From positions 1-64,000 of IMG/VR virus record IMGVR_UViG_3300043449_002688: DNA of 64,000 bases, one strand, 5' to 3'. The first letter of the stretch is position 1; each line of letters opens with the position of its first letter. This stretch comes from a virus. Of this stretch, positions 9,293 through 18,731 are shown one piece after another. The position numbers and the translations under genes were made by a program. The notes below the pieces were generated by a model. It was not told the DNA's origin. It saw only the letters and a program-made list of their open reading frames with translations, and ran no database searches.

Positions 9293-10126
9293 TTATTTTC
9301 CTCCCTTAGAGTTAATCAATTTAGCAACTTCATCTACGCCTTCTTTATACAAGAAAAAGCGATTAATTGTTTCACGTTCTGATTTAGACAATGAGCCTGT
9401 TTTAGCAAGTTCATTTGCTTTTTTCTGAATTTCTTCAGAAGTTAGCGGTTTTTTTGCAAAAGTTTCTTCGCCTTTTGCAATGAATTGCATATCAGTCACA
9501 CTTTTGCGTTGAGGTCTTGCAAGGGTTTCAAACGCTTGAGTGATAACCTTTAAAGCTTGGTCTTGTTCTTGAATTTTCTTTTCAAGAGCAGTAATCTTTA
9601 AAGATTCTGATTTTTGCATTTCAGGTTGTTCCATTTCTGGTTGACCTTCCATTTCAGGTTGTTCCATTTCTGGTTGACCTTCCATTTCAGGAGCTTGTTG
9701 CTCGTCTTGAGCATACGCTTGTCCTAGTACCTCTCGAATTACTGAAAAATGTCTTTCCAATTCTTCTGGAGGCATGCTGCTGTAGATCTGACCTAATTCT
9801 TCATCAGAAAGAGGTTGATCTTCGCCTTCATCTTGAAGGGCTTCTTCGCCTTCCATTTCTGGCTGATCTTCCATTTCTGGTTGACCTTCCATTTCTGGTT
9901 GACCTTCCATTTCAGGTTGTTCCATTTCTGGTTGACCTTCCATTTCAGGAGCTTGTTGCTCGGCAGGAGCGTCTTCTAGAGCAGGCGCAGCATCTTGTTC
10001 TCCTTGTTCCTCGCCTTCATCTTCATCTTTTTTAAGAGAAGATTTAGCAAGACTTTCAGCTTTCGCCAAAGTGTTTTCAACAGAAGAAATCAAATTGTCG
10101 ATATCCTGTTCAGTCCATTTGTTCAT
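9293..10126 (-). CDS. Probable capsid scaffolding protein
   Basis: Very acidic and helical, several LxK-S/A sites, directly upstream of the capsid gene. Confidence 0.7.
   Translation of the reverse strand: MNKWTEQDIDNLISSVENTLAKAESLAKSSLKKDEDEGEEQGEQDAAPALEDAPAEQQAPEMEGQPEMEQPEMEGQPEMEGQPEMEDQPEMEGEEALQDEGEDQPLSDEELGQIYSSMPPEELERHFSVIREVLGQAYAQDEQQAPEMEGQPEMEQPEMEGQPEMEQPEMQKSESLKITALEKKIQEQDQALKVITQAFETLARPQRKSVTDMQFIAKGEETFAKKPLTSEEIQKKANELAKTGSLSKSERETINRFFLYKEGVDEVAKLINSKGGK
9617..9963 (-). repeat. Two blocks of 15/18-nt tandem repeats encoding QPEME(G)
   Basis: ccatttctggttgacctt / ccatttcaggttgtt units at about 9617-9704 and 9851-9963. Confidence 0.9.
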
Positions 10127-10168
10127 AGTCTCCTCCTTTTAAAATTCAGTTCTTTAACCTTTAAAAAA

Positions 10169-10624
10169 TTATTGAGACTGAATCAAAGGATTGATTTCGT
10201 CAGATGGTAGAACGTCTACGAGATCGCAAACCGCAGAAAGATCTGCAACATCTGCATAATCTTGTGCGTTTACTGGAATAGAAGCGTCTGCAATTTCCCA
10301 CACTACAACTTTCATTCCTAGTTTAGCTACAGCAGCAGCCATTCTTAGTTTAAGTTGTTTAGAATCTGTATCTGTAAGATCAGAATCTTGAAGCATTTCT
10401 GCAACGTGAGGTGAATAAACTCGTTGTGGAAGTCCAAGTCCATCAACTCGGCCTGCGTTGCCATCCATTTTAATGCGTAGGCAAGCCTTAGCGGTTCCTT
10501 TTTCTACACGAATAGATGGAAGTCCATTAGCATCTTGTGCTTGATCGATTGTAGCTCCAGCAAGAGAGAGTTTTAGGCGTTGAACAAGTTCTCTCATGTG
10601 AGCTTGTGCTTTAAATGCGCTCAT
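10169..10624 (-). CDS. Probable abundant head protein of unknown function
   Basis: AGGAGG RBS, capsid-like codon bias, first gene of the scaffold-capsid unit. Confidence 0.55.
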   Translation of the reverse strand: MSAFKAQAHMRELVQRLKLSLAGATIDQAQDANGLPSIRVEKGTAKACLRIKMDGNAGRVDGLGLPQRVYSPHVAEMLQDSDLTDTDSKQLKLRMAAAVAKLGMKVVVWEIADASIPVNAQDYADVADLSAVCDLVDVLPSDEINPLIQSQ

Positions 10625-10678
10625 TTTAATCCTCCTAAATTTAGGTAAATAGTTTTTTGGTTTGCAAAACCCATATAT

Positions 10679-10688
10679 AAGTATTAGG
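10679..10688 (-). promoter_or_regulatory. Variant late promoter CCTAATACTT
   Basis: One-base insertion variant of the motif, upstream of the capsid operon. Confidence 0.4.
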
Positions 10689-10718
10689 CTTTACTATAAT
10701 ATTTACTTTTTGTCATAT

Positions 10719-10727
10719 CCTAATCTT
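10719..10727 (+). promoter_or_regulatory. Putative late promoter element CCTAATCTT
   Basis: Exact motif upstream of the GIY-YIG-like ORF. Confidence 0.55.
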
Positions 10728-10780
10728 TCAATTAGTTGATTTTAATAAATTTTATGTTAAAACAATAGAAAGAGGTGGTT

Positions 10781-11233
10781 ATGATTACGGTTTTTCAATG
10801 TATTTTTCCTGACAACAAACAGTTTATAGGTAAAACAAAATTGCCATTAAAAAAATTTATACATCAAACTACCTTAAGGGCTAATAATAAGCCAAATACC
10901 ATATTTTTATGGGCTTTAAATAAAGCTAAAGGAGATGTTAAGTGGATAGAAATAGGAAGTTACTGGTCGAGCGTAGAAGCAAATGGCGTGTACAATAATT
11001 TAGTTAATGTTAATCAGACTTATGATAGAAATTTTGGGTATAATTATCTTACTAAAAATGGCAATAATTGGAGTCAAAAACAATCTGCTGCCGAAAAAGC
11101 AAGCTTATCTAGGTTAAGAACTAGATTAAAAAAGCTTTTACTTGCAGTAAACAATAAAAAACTTGCTAAAAGTATTGAATCTGTTATTTTGAATACAGAA
11201 AAATATCTTAAAACTATTAAGGATTCAAAATAA
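10781..11233 (+). CDS. Degenerate GIY-YIG-like protein
   Basis: TVF..(10)..FIGKT, ALNK, FGYN pattern; canonical Tyr, Arg and Glu missing. Confidence 0.55.
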   Translation: MITVFQCIFPDNKQFIGKTKLPLKKFIHQTTLRANNKPNTIFLWALNKAKGDVKWIEIGSYWSSVEANGVYNNLVNVNQTYDRNFGYNYLTKNGNNWSQKQSAAEKASLSRLRTRLKKLLLAVNNKKLAKSIESVILNTEKYLKTIKDSK

Positions 11234-11660
11234 CTACTTTAACCACTACGGCTTCATTAGATATTTTATCTTTTCCAAAAATTTTATAAGAATTGCTGTC
11301 TGTAGATTTATTAACGCTTTCTTCTAAGGTCTTTAAACCGCGTTTTCTAGCCCAATCTAAAGCAGCTTTTTTTACTTTTTCATTAACTTTAGCTCCAAAA
11401 TCCATTTTAATTGTGCCATCGTCAAAAAAAGAAGCTGCAATTTGATGTTTTTTAAGTGATTTTATAGTTTCAATATCTTTAACCGCTTTTTCTACGGTTG
11501 ATAAAAGCTGCTGATCTGTTACTTTAGGAGTTTGTTGACGTAATTTTTTAATCCATCTATAATAGCGATAGCGCAATTTTGGCGGTAAAGCTTTTTCTAA
11601 GCTAGACATTTGCATTTCTTGTGTTAAATCAGCCGACAATGAATCTATATCTTTATTCAT
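11217..11660 (-). CDS. Hypothetical protein, possibly head-internal
   Basis: ATG at 11660 with GGAG RBS and CCTAATCTT upstream; LEKA/VEKA/VNKS sites. Confidence 0.6.
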   Translation of the reverse strand: MNKDIDSLSADLTQEMQMSSLEKALPPKLRYRYYRWIKKLRQQTPKVTDQQLLSTVEKAVKDIETIKSLKKHQIAASFFDDGTIKMDFGAKVNEKVKKAALDWARKRGLKTLEESVNKSTDSNSYKIFGKDKISNEAVVVKVVILNP

Positions 11661-11676
11661 AAAAACTCCGTAATAA

Positions 11677-11685
11677 AAGATTAGG
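11677..11685 (-). promoter_or_regulatory. Putative late promoter element CCTAATCTT
   Basis: Exact motif 16 nt upstream of ATG 11660. Confidence 0.6.
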
Positions 11686-14600
11686 GTAAATCTAAATACC
11701 AGCAATGCGATGGAAGTCCTAATTTTTTAACCTTAGAAAGTAATTTTGGGTTATAATTAGGATAATCTGTATAATCGCATTTTTTAAAACCATATTTTTC
11801 TGGCATTCCATCGTAAATTTCTACTATTCTTGGGTTAATATGTTTTTTGCTGTAGCTTGCATAAATACCATTAACTCGGCCTCCGCCAGACATTTCAGAT
11901 CTAATTCCATGGCCATGAATATATACTTTTTTAATTCCATGTGCTTTGGCATTTTGTAAAACTGCTTCAATTGAAGCTTTTTGCCAATTAGCAAACGCCT
12001 CATCTATTTTAGACATATGTTTTTTAATTTCTTCTGAGGTTACGATAACATCGTCTAATTTAAGCCCAGAAGGGGAATTTTGAAGCAAGTATTTAATATT
12101 TTTTCTAAATTTTTGAGCTACATCAGATTGAATTTCTTCTATAATCCAAGCATCTTTATTAGATACATCAACTCTTGACCAAGCAATTAAATGTGGAGTT
12201 GTTGGATGTAAGCCTACGTCTTGTCCTTCAATTCCGTTTGAATGTTTTAAAATAAATTGATACAGCGCCCAAGTTTTGGGGTCTTTTGAAAGTTCATTAT
12301 CGGCTTTTTGTGATGTATTTATTTGTACAACTAAATTTGGATTTTTATTGTTGTGCCTTTGCATCCCATCCCAATCTGAAAAAGTAACATGAAAAGAATT
12401 AAATTTGTCTTTTTCATCAGCTTGAGCTAAAAGATGAGTAAAATCTTCTGGAATAGCAGGTTTGTTGTTTTTGCTCATAAATACACTTTTAACTTCTTGC
12501 AAATTTTCATATTTAGGAAATTTTCTTTTAAATTCAGGCCAAGTAATTCCATCCAAAGGAATGTTTTTGATTACTTCGTAAATTTTTTCTTTAGATTTAC
12601 TTTCAGCCAAAATATCTCTTTGCATTTTATTTGCAGATATTCCGTATGATTCCATTTTTGGCGGTATGCTAGGAGGCATTTCTCTTAATAGTTTTGATCC
12701 ATGAATAGGATTTAAAAATACCGAAGGGAATCTACTGCCAGATGAAAAAGTAAAACTATTTTCTTTAACTGTTAACGAAAAAATGTTTTTAATGCTTTGG
12801 TAAGAAATTTTTGGGTTTTTTGATATGTCATTTACTAGTTTTTTGTTTTCTAAGTCATTTACTAGTTTTTTGTTTTCTAATTTATTAAAATTTTCTGTAA
12901 TTTTATTTGCCAAATAATCAGCAGTTTTATTAGATATATGCTTATTATCGATCAATCTGCCTATTACTTTATTTAATTCAAAAGAATTTTCTTCAAAAGA
13001 ATTTAAAGCTTTTTCTGCCATTTTGTCTGTGATAAAAGGAGAATCTAAGAATTTTCCTGAATATTCAAGGTCAAATAGCCCACCTTCTTTTAAAGATTTA
13101 TCAAAAAGATCATTAATTAAATCTTGACCGCCAGTGCCATTTTCAATGCATATATCTTCAGCTACTCTTTTTTCTAATGAAGGTAGTTTTTTTAAAATAT
13201 TTTTTACAGATTCTGCATTCATAAATCTTGAGCCTAACCTTAGTCCTTGATGTATTGCGTTGGAAAGATACATTGGCATTTGTTCTTTGGGATCTGATTT
13301 AGTTATCAAAGCATCCATAATTTTAGGGCCATGGGCTTTTAAGGCTTCATTATCCATTTTTTCAAACCAATTTGTTAACTGACGACAAAAATCGGGTGTA
13401 TTTTCATCTAAGGCTGACTTTATGTTTATTGGATTCAACATTTCTGAACTAATAGAAGTTTGAAATAGCATATATGGATATTCTGGGTGTTCATTTGAAA
13501 TTTTTTGCCAAACTTCAGGATTAACATTTTCTGATTTTTCAATTAGTCTTGTATATGTAGGCAATAGCTTGTCTTCTTGTCCAGGCATTTTTTCTTGGAG
13601 TTTTTTCGTTACAGAAAAAGTATTAGATAAATCTTCTCCATTAATTGGCATTTTTGCCGATTGTATGCCATCAATTGCACGAAATACAGAATTTATATTT
13701 TGTTCGTTTTCTAAATCTCCAATATTAAGATCTAAAATTTTATGACCAGCATCGCAAATTGATTTTATGGCATTTGAATATGAATTAAAAGTTTCTTTTT
13801 GGCCAACCATATCATCTTCTAAAGACGAGCCCCAAAATATAGTTGACATTGTTTCTATTTTAGAAGATAAGCTGTCGATTAAACTTTGAGAATCAACAAT
13901 CTCAGAATATTTATTAGGATTTTTAGATACATCTGAAAGTTTTTCACTTAAATGATCAAGCAACGGAGAAACATGTGTTTCAAGAAAATTATCTTTATTT
14001 AAATTGATATAATTATTGATATCTTTTTCTGGTAAGGCTCTTATTAGTTTAGTTAAATCTTGATGTTTTGTTGCAGAATTTTGCATTAATTTTGATAAAA
14101 CAAAATCTTTTCCTTTGAATTTTCCATAAATAGTTTCAAGTTTAGACCCTAAATCTTTAAAGCTTTCTGTATTATCAGATGTAACAATTCTATTAACCAA
14201 AACAGAAACGGTATTGCTATTCATGTTTTCAATAGAATTAATTAAAGAATTAAACCTCCAGCCAGATGTAGATTTTTCTAAAATTTCTTCATCATTAACT
14301 AAATTTTCACTTAAAATAGGAAGAGATTGAGCTGAAATATATTGATCTTCTGGCAAATTTAAATATATAGATTTTTTATCTTTTTCTGACAAAGATTCCA
14401 TTTTTAAAGAACGACTTAATATTTTATTGCTTCTTTCTTTTGTTTCTGGAAAAGTAGCATATTTTTGTAAAATAGAAGCAAAGAACCCGGCTTTTCCTTG
14501 ATCAGCATCTGAAAAAGATTGACTAATTTTATCTAAATATTCATTTTTTAAAACAGATGTTTCTTCATCTGATTGAGAATGTAATTGAATAGAATTTTCA

Positions 14601-17600
14601 AAAGCAGCATTTGTTTTTTTTATGCTACTTAAAGTAAATTGAGGATGGCTATATAAGTCAGAAATATTAATAATATTTTGCGGATCTAATTCTTTTGAAT
14701 TTTCAATAATTTTTGTAATTTTAGTTGATAAAGATTTAGGGGCATTATCATTTTTATATAATTTTACAAGAAAATTTATATCATTTGCTTTTGCTGCAAA
14801 ATCACCTAATTTTCCTAAAGTTTTTGCAGATAACGTCGCTATTTGATTTGTTTCTTTATAAAAAGTTTTAATCTTATCTGGTGAATTAGGAGTGTTTAAA
14901 ACATCTTCTACTAAAAGGTTGCCTACAAGATCTTTATTTTTTTGGCTTAAAGGTCTTAAAGAATTCATGATTAGATCACTATGATGCTCAGTAGATAAAG
15001 AATGTTGATCTATTAAATTTGATAAAAATTTTACTTTTTCAACATATGATGCAGCAAGAGATGTATTTAATCGTATATTCCTATATAAAATTTCTCCAGT
15101 TAAAGATTCAGGGGTTGCTCTATCTAAGAAATGCTCAACATCTTGTTTTTTTGGAAAAATTTTGCCATTTTTCCAAGAATCTAAAGTTGTTGACATAATT
15201 TTATCGCGGGTAGAAGTATCGAGAGAATCTAAGTATTCGCCAAAATTTGAAAAAGTATTTCTTAGTTCTTCTTTTTTAGATTCGCTTAATATATTTTTAG
15301 AAAGTAAAAGGTTTTTTATTTGTTTGTTTTCTTTTCCTAATTCAACCAAAAAATCTAACTTTCCATTAGTGTTTTGCATTTTATAATTATGACCTAAAAT
15401 TTCTCCAATAGCATTATTTTTAGTTTGATCATAATTTTCTAGAACATTTTCCCAAAATTGATGAGCAGACTCTTGTGGGTTACTACTTCCAGCAACAAAA
15501 TCATTAGCTTCTTTTTTTAAAAAATCTAACGCTTCATCTTGTGAGATTTTTTTATGATTAACTTTTTTGTATATTGTTTCGTTAATTGAATCTAAATATA
15601 AATTTGGATATGAATGTGCATGTTTTTTAAATATATCTGAATTATTTCTTAGCCAATTAAGATTTAAATAATGAGAAATATTGTGATCTGATGGCCTTTG
15701 CTGATCTTTAAGATGATTCAAATAAGAATCTAAAGTGTTTTTATCTTCTTCATTGTTATTATCTAACAATTTTAAAGCATTTTTTTCATAAGAAGTAAAA
15801 TCTTTATTTTTTAACTTTTCAGTATAGGTAATTGATTCATCTGGATAATTATATTTTCCAAATAAAGCGTTTTTTAATATTTCTGATGAAAATCCTACTA
15901 AATGATTGCTTCTGTCAACAACTAAGTCATGCTTTTCATCTGGAGTTAACATTTCAAATGCTTTGTCTTTTAAATCTTGAGGGGCAGTACCTGATGCGGC
16001 AACTGCAAAAGCGTGTTTTGGCGTCAAATATTTTGAAAATTTTTCTGCCTTTTCTTCATCTGATAAATTTCCATATCTTGAATCTAAAATTGTTCCATTT
16101 TTAGCATCCCATTCTGATTTTAAATATTTTGCTGAAGCTGGACCAAAGTCTTTGTTTATATATTTTTCAAAATTTTCTTCTGATAAATTTGGAAATTGTG
16201 AAATATTTTTAAGATTTTCAAGTATTTGATTTTCTTCTATAGGTTGAGGAATTCCAAATCTATTAAGAACAGTTTGGTTTTTACTATTTTGTATTTTTTC
16301 AAATGCTTTATTTAAAAAACGAGAACTTAGTGAACTTTTATCTTTTTCATTTTTAAAATGGGTATTTAAATTTAAAAGATATCCAATTTTATTTAAAGCA
16401 GAATCTTCTGCTTTTTTGTTTCCATCTTTTATTAAATTATTAAAAGAATCATAAGAATCTGGTTGGGAGCTTCTAAAAGAAAAATCTGTAAAGTTATGTG
16501 GAACTTTAAAAGCTTCTACAATATCTTCGGCATTTTGAGTTTTAATATGTTCTGGAACATCTGGAGATGAGGCTAAATGATATTTTAGTTTGAAAATATG
16601 TTCTATATCTTCTTTTGATTTGTCTTTAATTTCTTCAATATTTGTTCCTTTTAATTTTTCTGAAATTTTTTCATAAGCGTGTGCTTTTTCTTCTGGAGTA
16701 AGTTTATTAAAATGTTCTGATTCTTGTTTTTTAGTTAAAATACTAGATAATTTAACCTTTCCCTCTAAAAATCCTTTTTTAAGTTCTTGATTTGCTACTA
16801 AAGGATGTTTTCTCGCTGCATCTTGAACATCTTTCATTTTTCTGTTAAGTCCAGCTTGAACCACTTCTTTATCAGCATTTTCATGATGTAATGCTTTTAT
16901 TGCTACATTTTTATTTTTATGACCAACAAGTTCTTTTAAAATTTCTGCAGGTACTTTATCAGAGCTTAAAATATCGTTTGCATCTTCAGTTGTTTTATTT
17001 GTGTTTTCCCAAAATTTTTTATGCAATTCATCGTCAGCATTTTCATGAACTATAGCTTGTCTGCCATAACCTTTATCTAATAAATGATTTAAATGCTCTT
17101 TAGTTAAAGCTGGGTTTTTTGATAAACCGTAATTTTTTTCACTTAATTCTTCATCGTTTTGTAAAATTGCATCAATAACTTCATGTGGAAGTTTTGGATT
17201 ACGTAATGCTGAAGATATTTTTGAATCATGATATGACTCTTTAGAAGATCTAGCTGTTTTAGCAAGCAACATCGGGTCTACATTTTCATGTTCTAAAATA
17301 GCAGTAGGTAATTCATTATTACGCCAATTTGATATATCAGTTGTTGGTCTTTCTAAGGCTTTTTGGTATATCAAATTTAATTGATCTTTTGTTAATCCTT
17401 TTTGATTATTAACAAAATCTGTTAAATAATCAAATTGATCGTCTTCTGTTTCATAAGAAAATCCGTAATATTTACTTGTTGGAATTTTATTAATTTCTTT
17501 ATCCATTAATAAATTTAAAGTTTCTTTTAAGGACTCTGGAGTATGTTTTTGTGTTTTAATAGCTCCTTCTAGTCCAATTATGCTATGTTTAAGCGCTTTT

Positions 17601-18127
17601 TTATTAACTTTGTTTTGCTCTTCGCTTAAATTTTCTCCATATGAATGCTGTGGTTTTGTTTTTAATATATTTAAATAAAAATTAGGGTTAAGATTCATTG
17701 ACTCATAATGTGGAATAGAACTAGCTTCATGTGAGTCATCATCAATATCTTTTAAAATACGTTGTTCTAATGGAGATAGATCTAAATTTGAATGTTTTTC
17801 AGTTAAATGTTGAATTAAACTATAAGGTATATCTTCAGATTGAGAAGAGTTGTTAATGACAGTATTTGCATGATTAAGCGTCCAGCTAGGATGATCTGTT
17901 AAAGCTCTTGTGATTTTATAATGATGCATTAAATCTTCTGGAGAAGAAAAGTTTTCATAAATTTTGTTAAAATTTTCTTGATTTAAATTAGGATGAGAAA
18001 TAGCACTTTCAATACTATCTTGATCTTCATTAAGATATGAATCTTTTTTTTCTTTAGCTTTAGGAATAAGATCATTTAAATATGTGCTGATTTCTTCCGG
18101 CGTAGACTGATCATGCAGTTTATTCAT
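11681..18127 (-). CDS. Giant helical-repeat protein with a C-terminal EEIQSD / GNAT-like domain (polyvalent-protein-like)
   Basis: About 2148 aa; LRV/HEAT-like repeats (ALRNPKLP, LSKNPALT, AIVHENAD, ALHHENAD); C-terminal AWSRVD..IIEEIQSD..AVLQNAKAHGIKKVYI..YDGMPEKYGF. Confidence 0.6.
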   Translation of the reverse strand: MNKLHDQSTPEEISTYLNDLIPKAKEKKDSYLNEDQDSIESAISHPNLNQENFNKIYENFSSPEDLMHHYKITRALTDHPSWTLNHANTVINNSSQSEDIPYSLIQHLTEKHSNLDLSPLEQRILKDIDDDSHEASSIPHYESMNLNPNFYLNILKTKPQHSYGENLSEEQNKVNKKALKHSIIGLEGAIKTQKHTPESLKETLNLLMDKEINKIPTSKYYGFSYETEDDQFDYLTDFVNNQKGLTKDQLNLIYQKALERPTTDISNWRNNELPTAILEHENVDPMLLAKTARSSKESYHDSKISSALRNPKLPHEVIDAILQNDEELSEKNYGLSKNPALTKEHLNHLLDKGYGRQAIVHENADDELHKKFWENTNKTTEDANDILSSDKVPAEILKELVGHKNKNVAIKALHHENADKEVVQAGLNRKMKDVQDAARKHPLVANQELKKGFLEGKVKLSSILTKKQESEHFNKLTPEEKAHAYEKISEKLKGTNIEEIKDKSKEDIEHIFKLKYHLASSPDVPEHIKTQNAEDIVEAFKVPHNFTDFSFRSSQPDSYDSFNNLIKDGNKKAEDSALNKIGYLLNLNTHFKNEKDKSSLSSRFLNKAFEKIQNSKNQTVLNRFGIPQPIEENQILENLKNISQFPNLSEENFEKYINKDFGPASAKYLKSEWDAKNGTILDSRYGNLSDEEKAEKFSKYLTPKHAFAVAASGTAPQDLKDKAFEMLTPDEKHDLVVDRSNHLVGFSSEILKNALFGKYNYPDESITYTEKLKNKDFTSYEKNALKLLDNNNEEDKNTLDSYLNHLKDQQRPSDHNISHYLNLNWLRNNSDIFKKHAHSYPNLYLDSINETIYKKVNHKKISQDEALDFLKKEANDFVAGSSNPQESAHQFWENVLENYDQTKNNAIGEILGHNYKMQNTNGKLDFLVELGKENKQIKNLLLSKNILSESKKEELRNTFSNFGEYLDSLDTSTRDKIMSTTLDSWKNGKIFPKKQDVEHFLDRATPESLTGEILYRNIRLNTSLAASYVEKVKFLSNLIDQHSLSTEHHSDLIMNSLRPLSQKNKDLVGNLLVEDVLNTPNSPDKIKTFYKETNQIATLSAKTLGKLGDFAAKANDINFLVKLYKNDNAPKSLSTKITKIIENSKELDPQNIINISDLYSHPQFTLSSIKKTNAAFENSIQLHSQSDEETSVLKNEYLDKISQSFSDADQGKAGFFASILQKYATFPETKERSNKILSRSLKMESLSEKDKKSIYLNLPEDQYISAQSLPILSENLVNDEEILEKSTSGWRFNSLINSIENMNSNTVSVLVNRIVTSDNTESFKDLGSKLETIYGKFKGKDFVLSKLMQNSATKHQDLTKLIRALPEKDINNYINLNKDNFLETHVSPLLDHLSEKLSDVSKNPNKYSEIVDSQSLIDSLSSKIETMSTIFWGSSLEDDMVGQKETFNSYSNAIKSICDAGHKILDLNIGDLENEQNINSVFRAIDGIQSAKMPINGEDLSNTFSVTKKLQEKMPGQEDKLLPTYTRLIEKSENVNPEVWQKISNEHPEYPYMLFQTSISSEMLNPINIKSALDENTPDFCRQLTNWFEKMDNEALKAHGPKIMDALITKSDPKEQMPMYLSNAIHQGLRLGSRFMNAESVKNILKKLPSLEKRVAEDICIENGTGGQDLINDLFDKSLKEGGLFDLEYSGKFLDSPFITDKMAEKALNSFEENSFELNKVIGRLIDNKHISNKTADYLANKITENFNKLENKKLVNDLENKKLVNDISKNPKISYQSIKNIFSLTVKENSFTFSSGSRFPSVFLNPIHGSKLLREMPPSIPPKMESYGISANKMQRDILAESKSKEKIYEVIKNIPLDGITWPEFKRKFPKYENLQEVKSVFMSKNNKPAIPEDFTHLLAQADEKDKFNSFHVTFSDWDGMQRHNNKNPNLVVQINTSQKADNELSKDPKTWALYQFILKHSNGIEGQDVGLHPTTPHLIAWSRVDVSNKDAWIIEEIQSDVAQKFRKNIKYLLQNSPSGLKLDDVIVTSEEIKKHMSKIDEAFANWQKASIEAVLQNAKAHGIKKVYIHGHGIRSEMSGGGRVNGIYASYSKKHINPRIVEIYDGMPEKYGFKKCDYTDYPNYNPKLLSKVKKLGLPSHCWYLDLP
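12827..12880 (-). repeat. Perfect 27-nt tandem duplication (LENKKLVND x2)
   Basis: gtcatttactagttttttgttttctaa occurs twice. Confidence 0.95.
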
Positions 18128-18731
18128 TTGAATCTCCATATTTTAATGCATAAAGCATTTTTTTGCAATATTCTGGATCTTCAGCGCCAGAATAATCTTT
18201 ATTCTCTATTTCATAATCATATGATTTTGTTGATAAAGATCTAATTTGTTGCAGCTCTGATTGCCTTTTTTGTACTGCCTCAAGCATTTGTTTAGATATT
18301 TTACGCTCTGTAGAATCTGCAATAACAGGTTTTTCAAAATTAGTTGGAAAAACAGGAATTGGATTTGATGGATCTGACTTTCTTGCTACTTTAATTTTCC
18401 CAATTTTTATAGCATCAAATAAACCATCTTTTTCTTCTTGACTAAGAAGATTGTTATTTAAAACAACGGTATGGCCATCAGTTGTAATTTCAACTATATC
18501 TCCATTATCTAATATATATCTTAAAAGATTTACTGTAGGAGAATGATCTTGCGTTAATTTTAGTATTGAAGAATTTTTAACATATTTTAAAACTTGATCA
18601 AATGTTTTAAACTTTTTAGCAATTTTTCCATTTGTATTATCAACAAAAATATCCACTGCCTTTCCGTCAGTTCTGATTTCGGCTAAAGGATAAGGGCTGT
18701 TGATTGATATAAGTTTGTAAACCTTAAACAT
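18120..18731 (-). CDS. Hypothetical protein in the head module
   Basis: GGAGG RBS; overlaps both neighbours. Confidence 0.7.
   Translation of the reverse strand: MFKVYKLISINSPYPLAEIRTDGKAVDIFVDNTNGKIAKKFKTFDQVLKYVKNSSILKLTQDHSPTVNLLRYILDNGDIVEITTDGHTVVLNNNLLSQEEKDGLFDAIKIGKIKVARKSDPSNPIPVFPTNFEKPVIADSTERKISKQMLEAVQKRQSELQQIRSLSTKSYDYEIENKDYSGAEDPEYCKKMLYALKYGDSNE

Noticed and set aside
9617-9963. CRISPR-like array
   Set aside because: Units are 15/18 nt, in frame and lack unique spacers; this is a coding repeat
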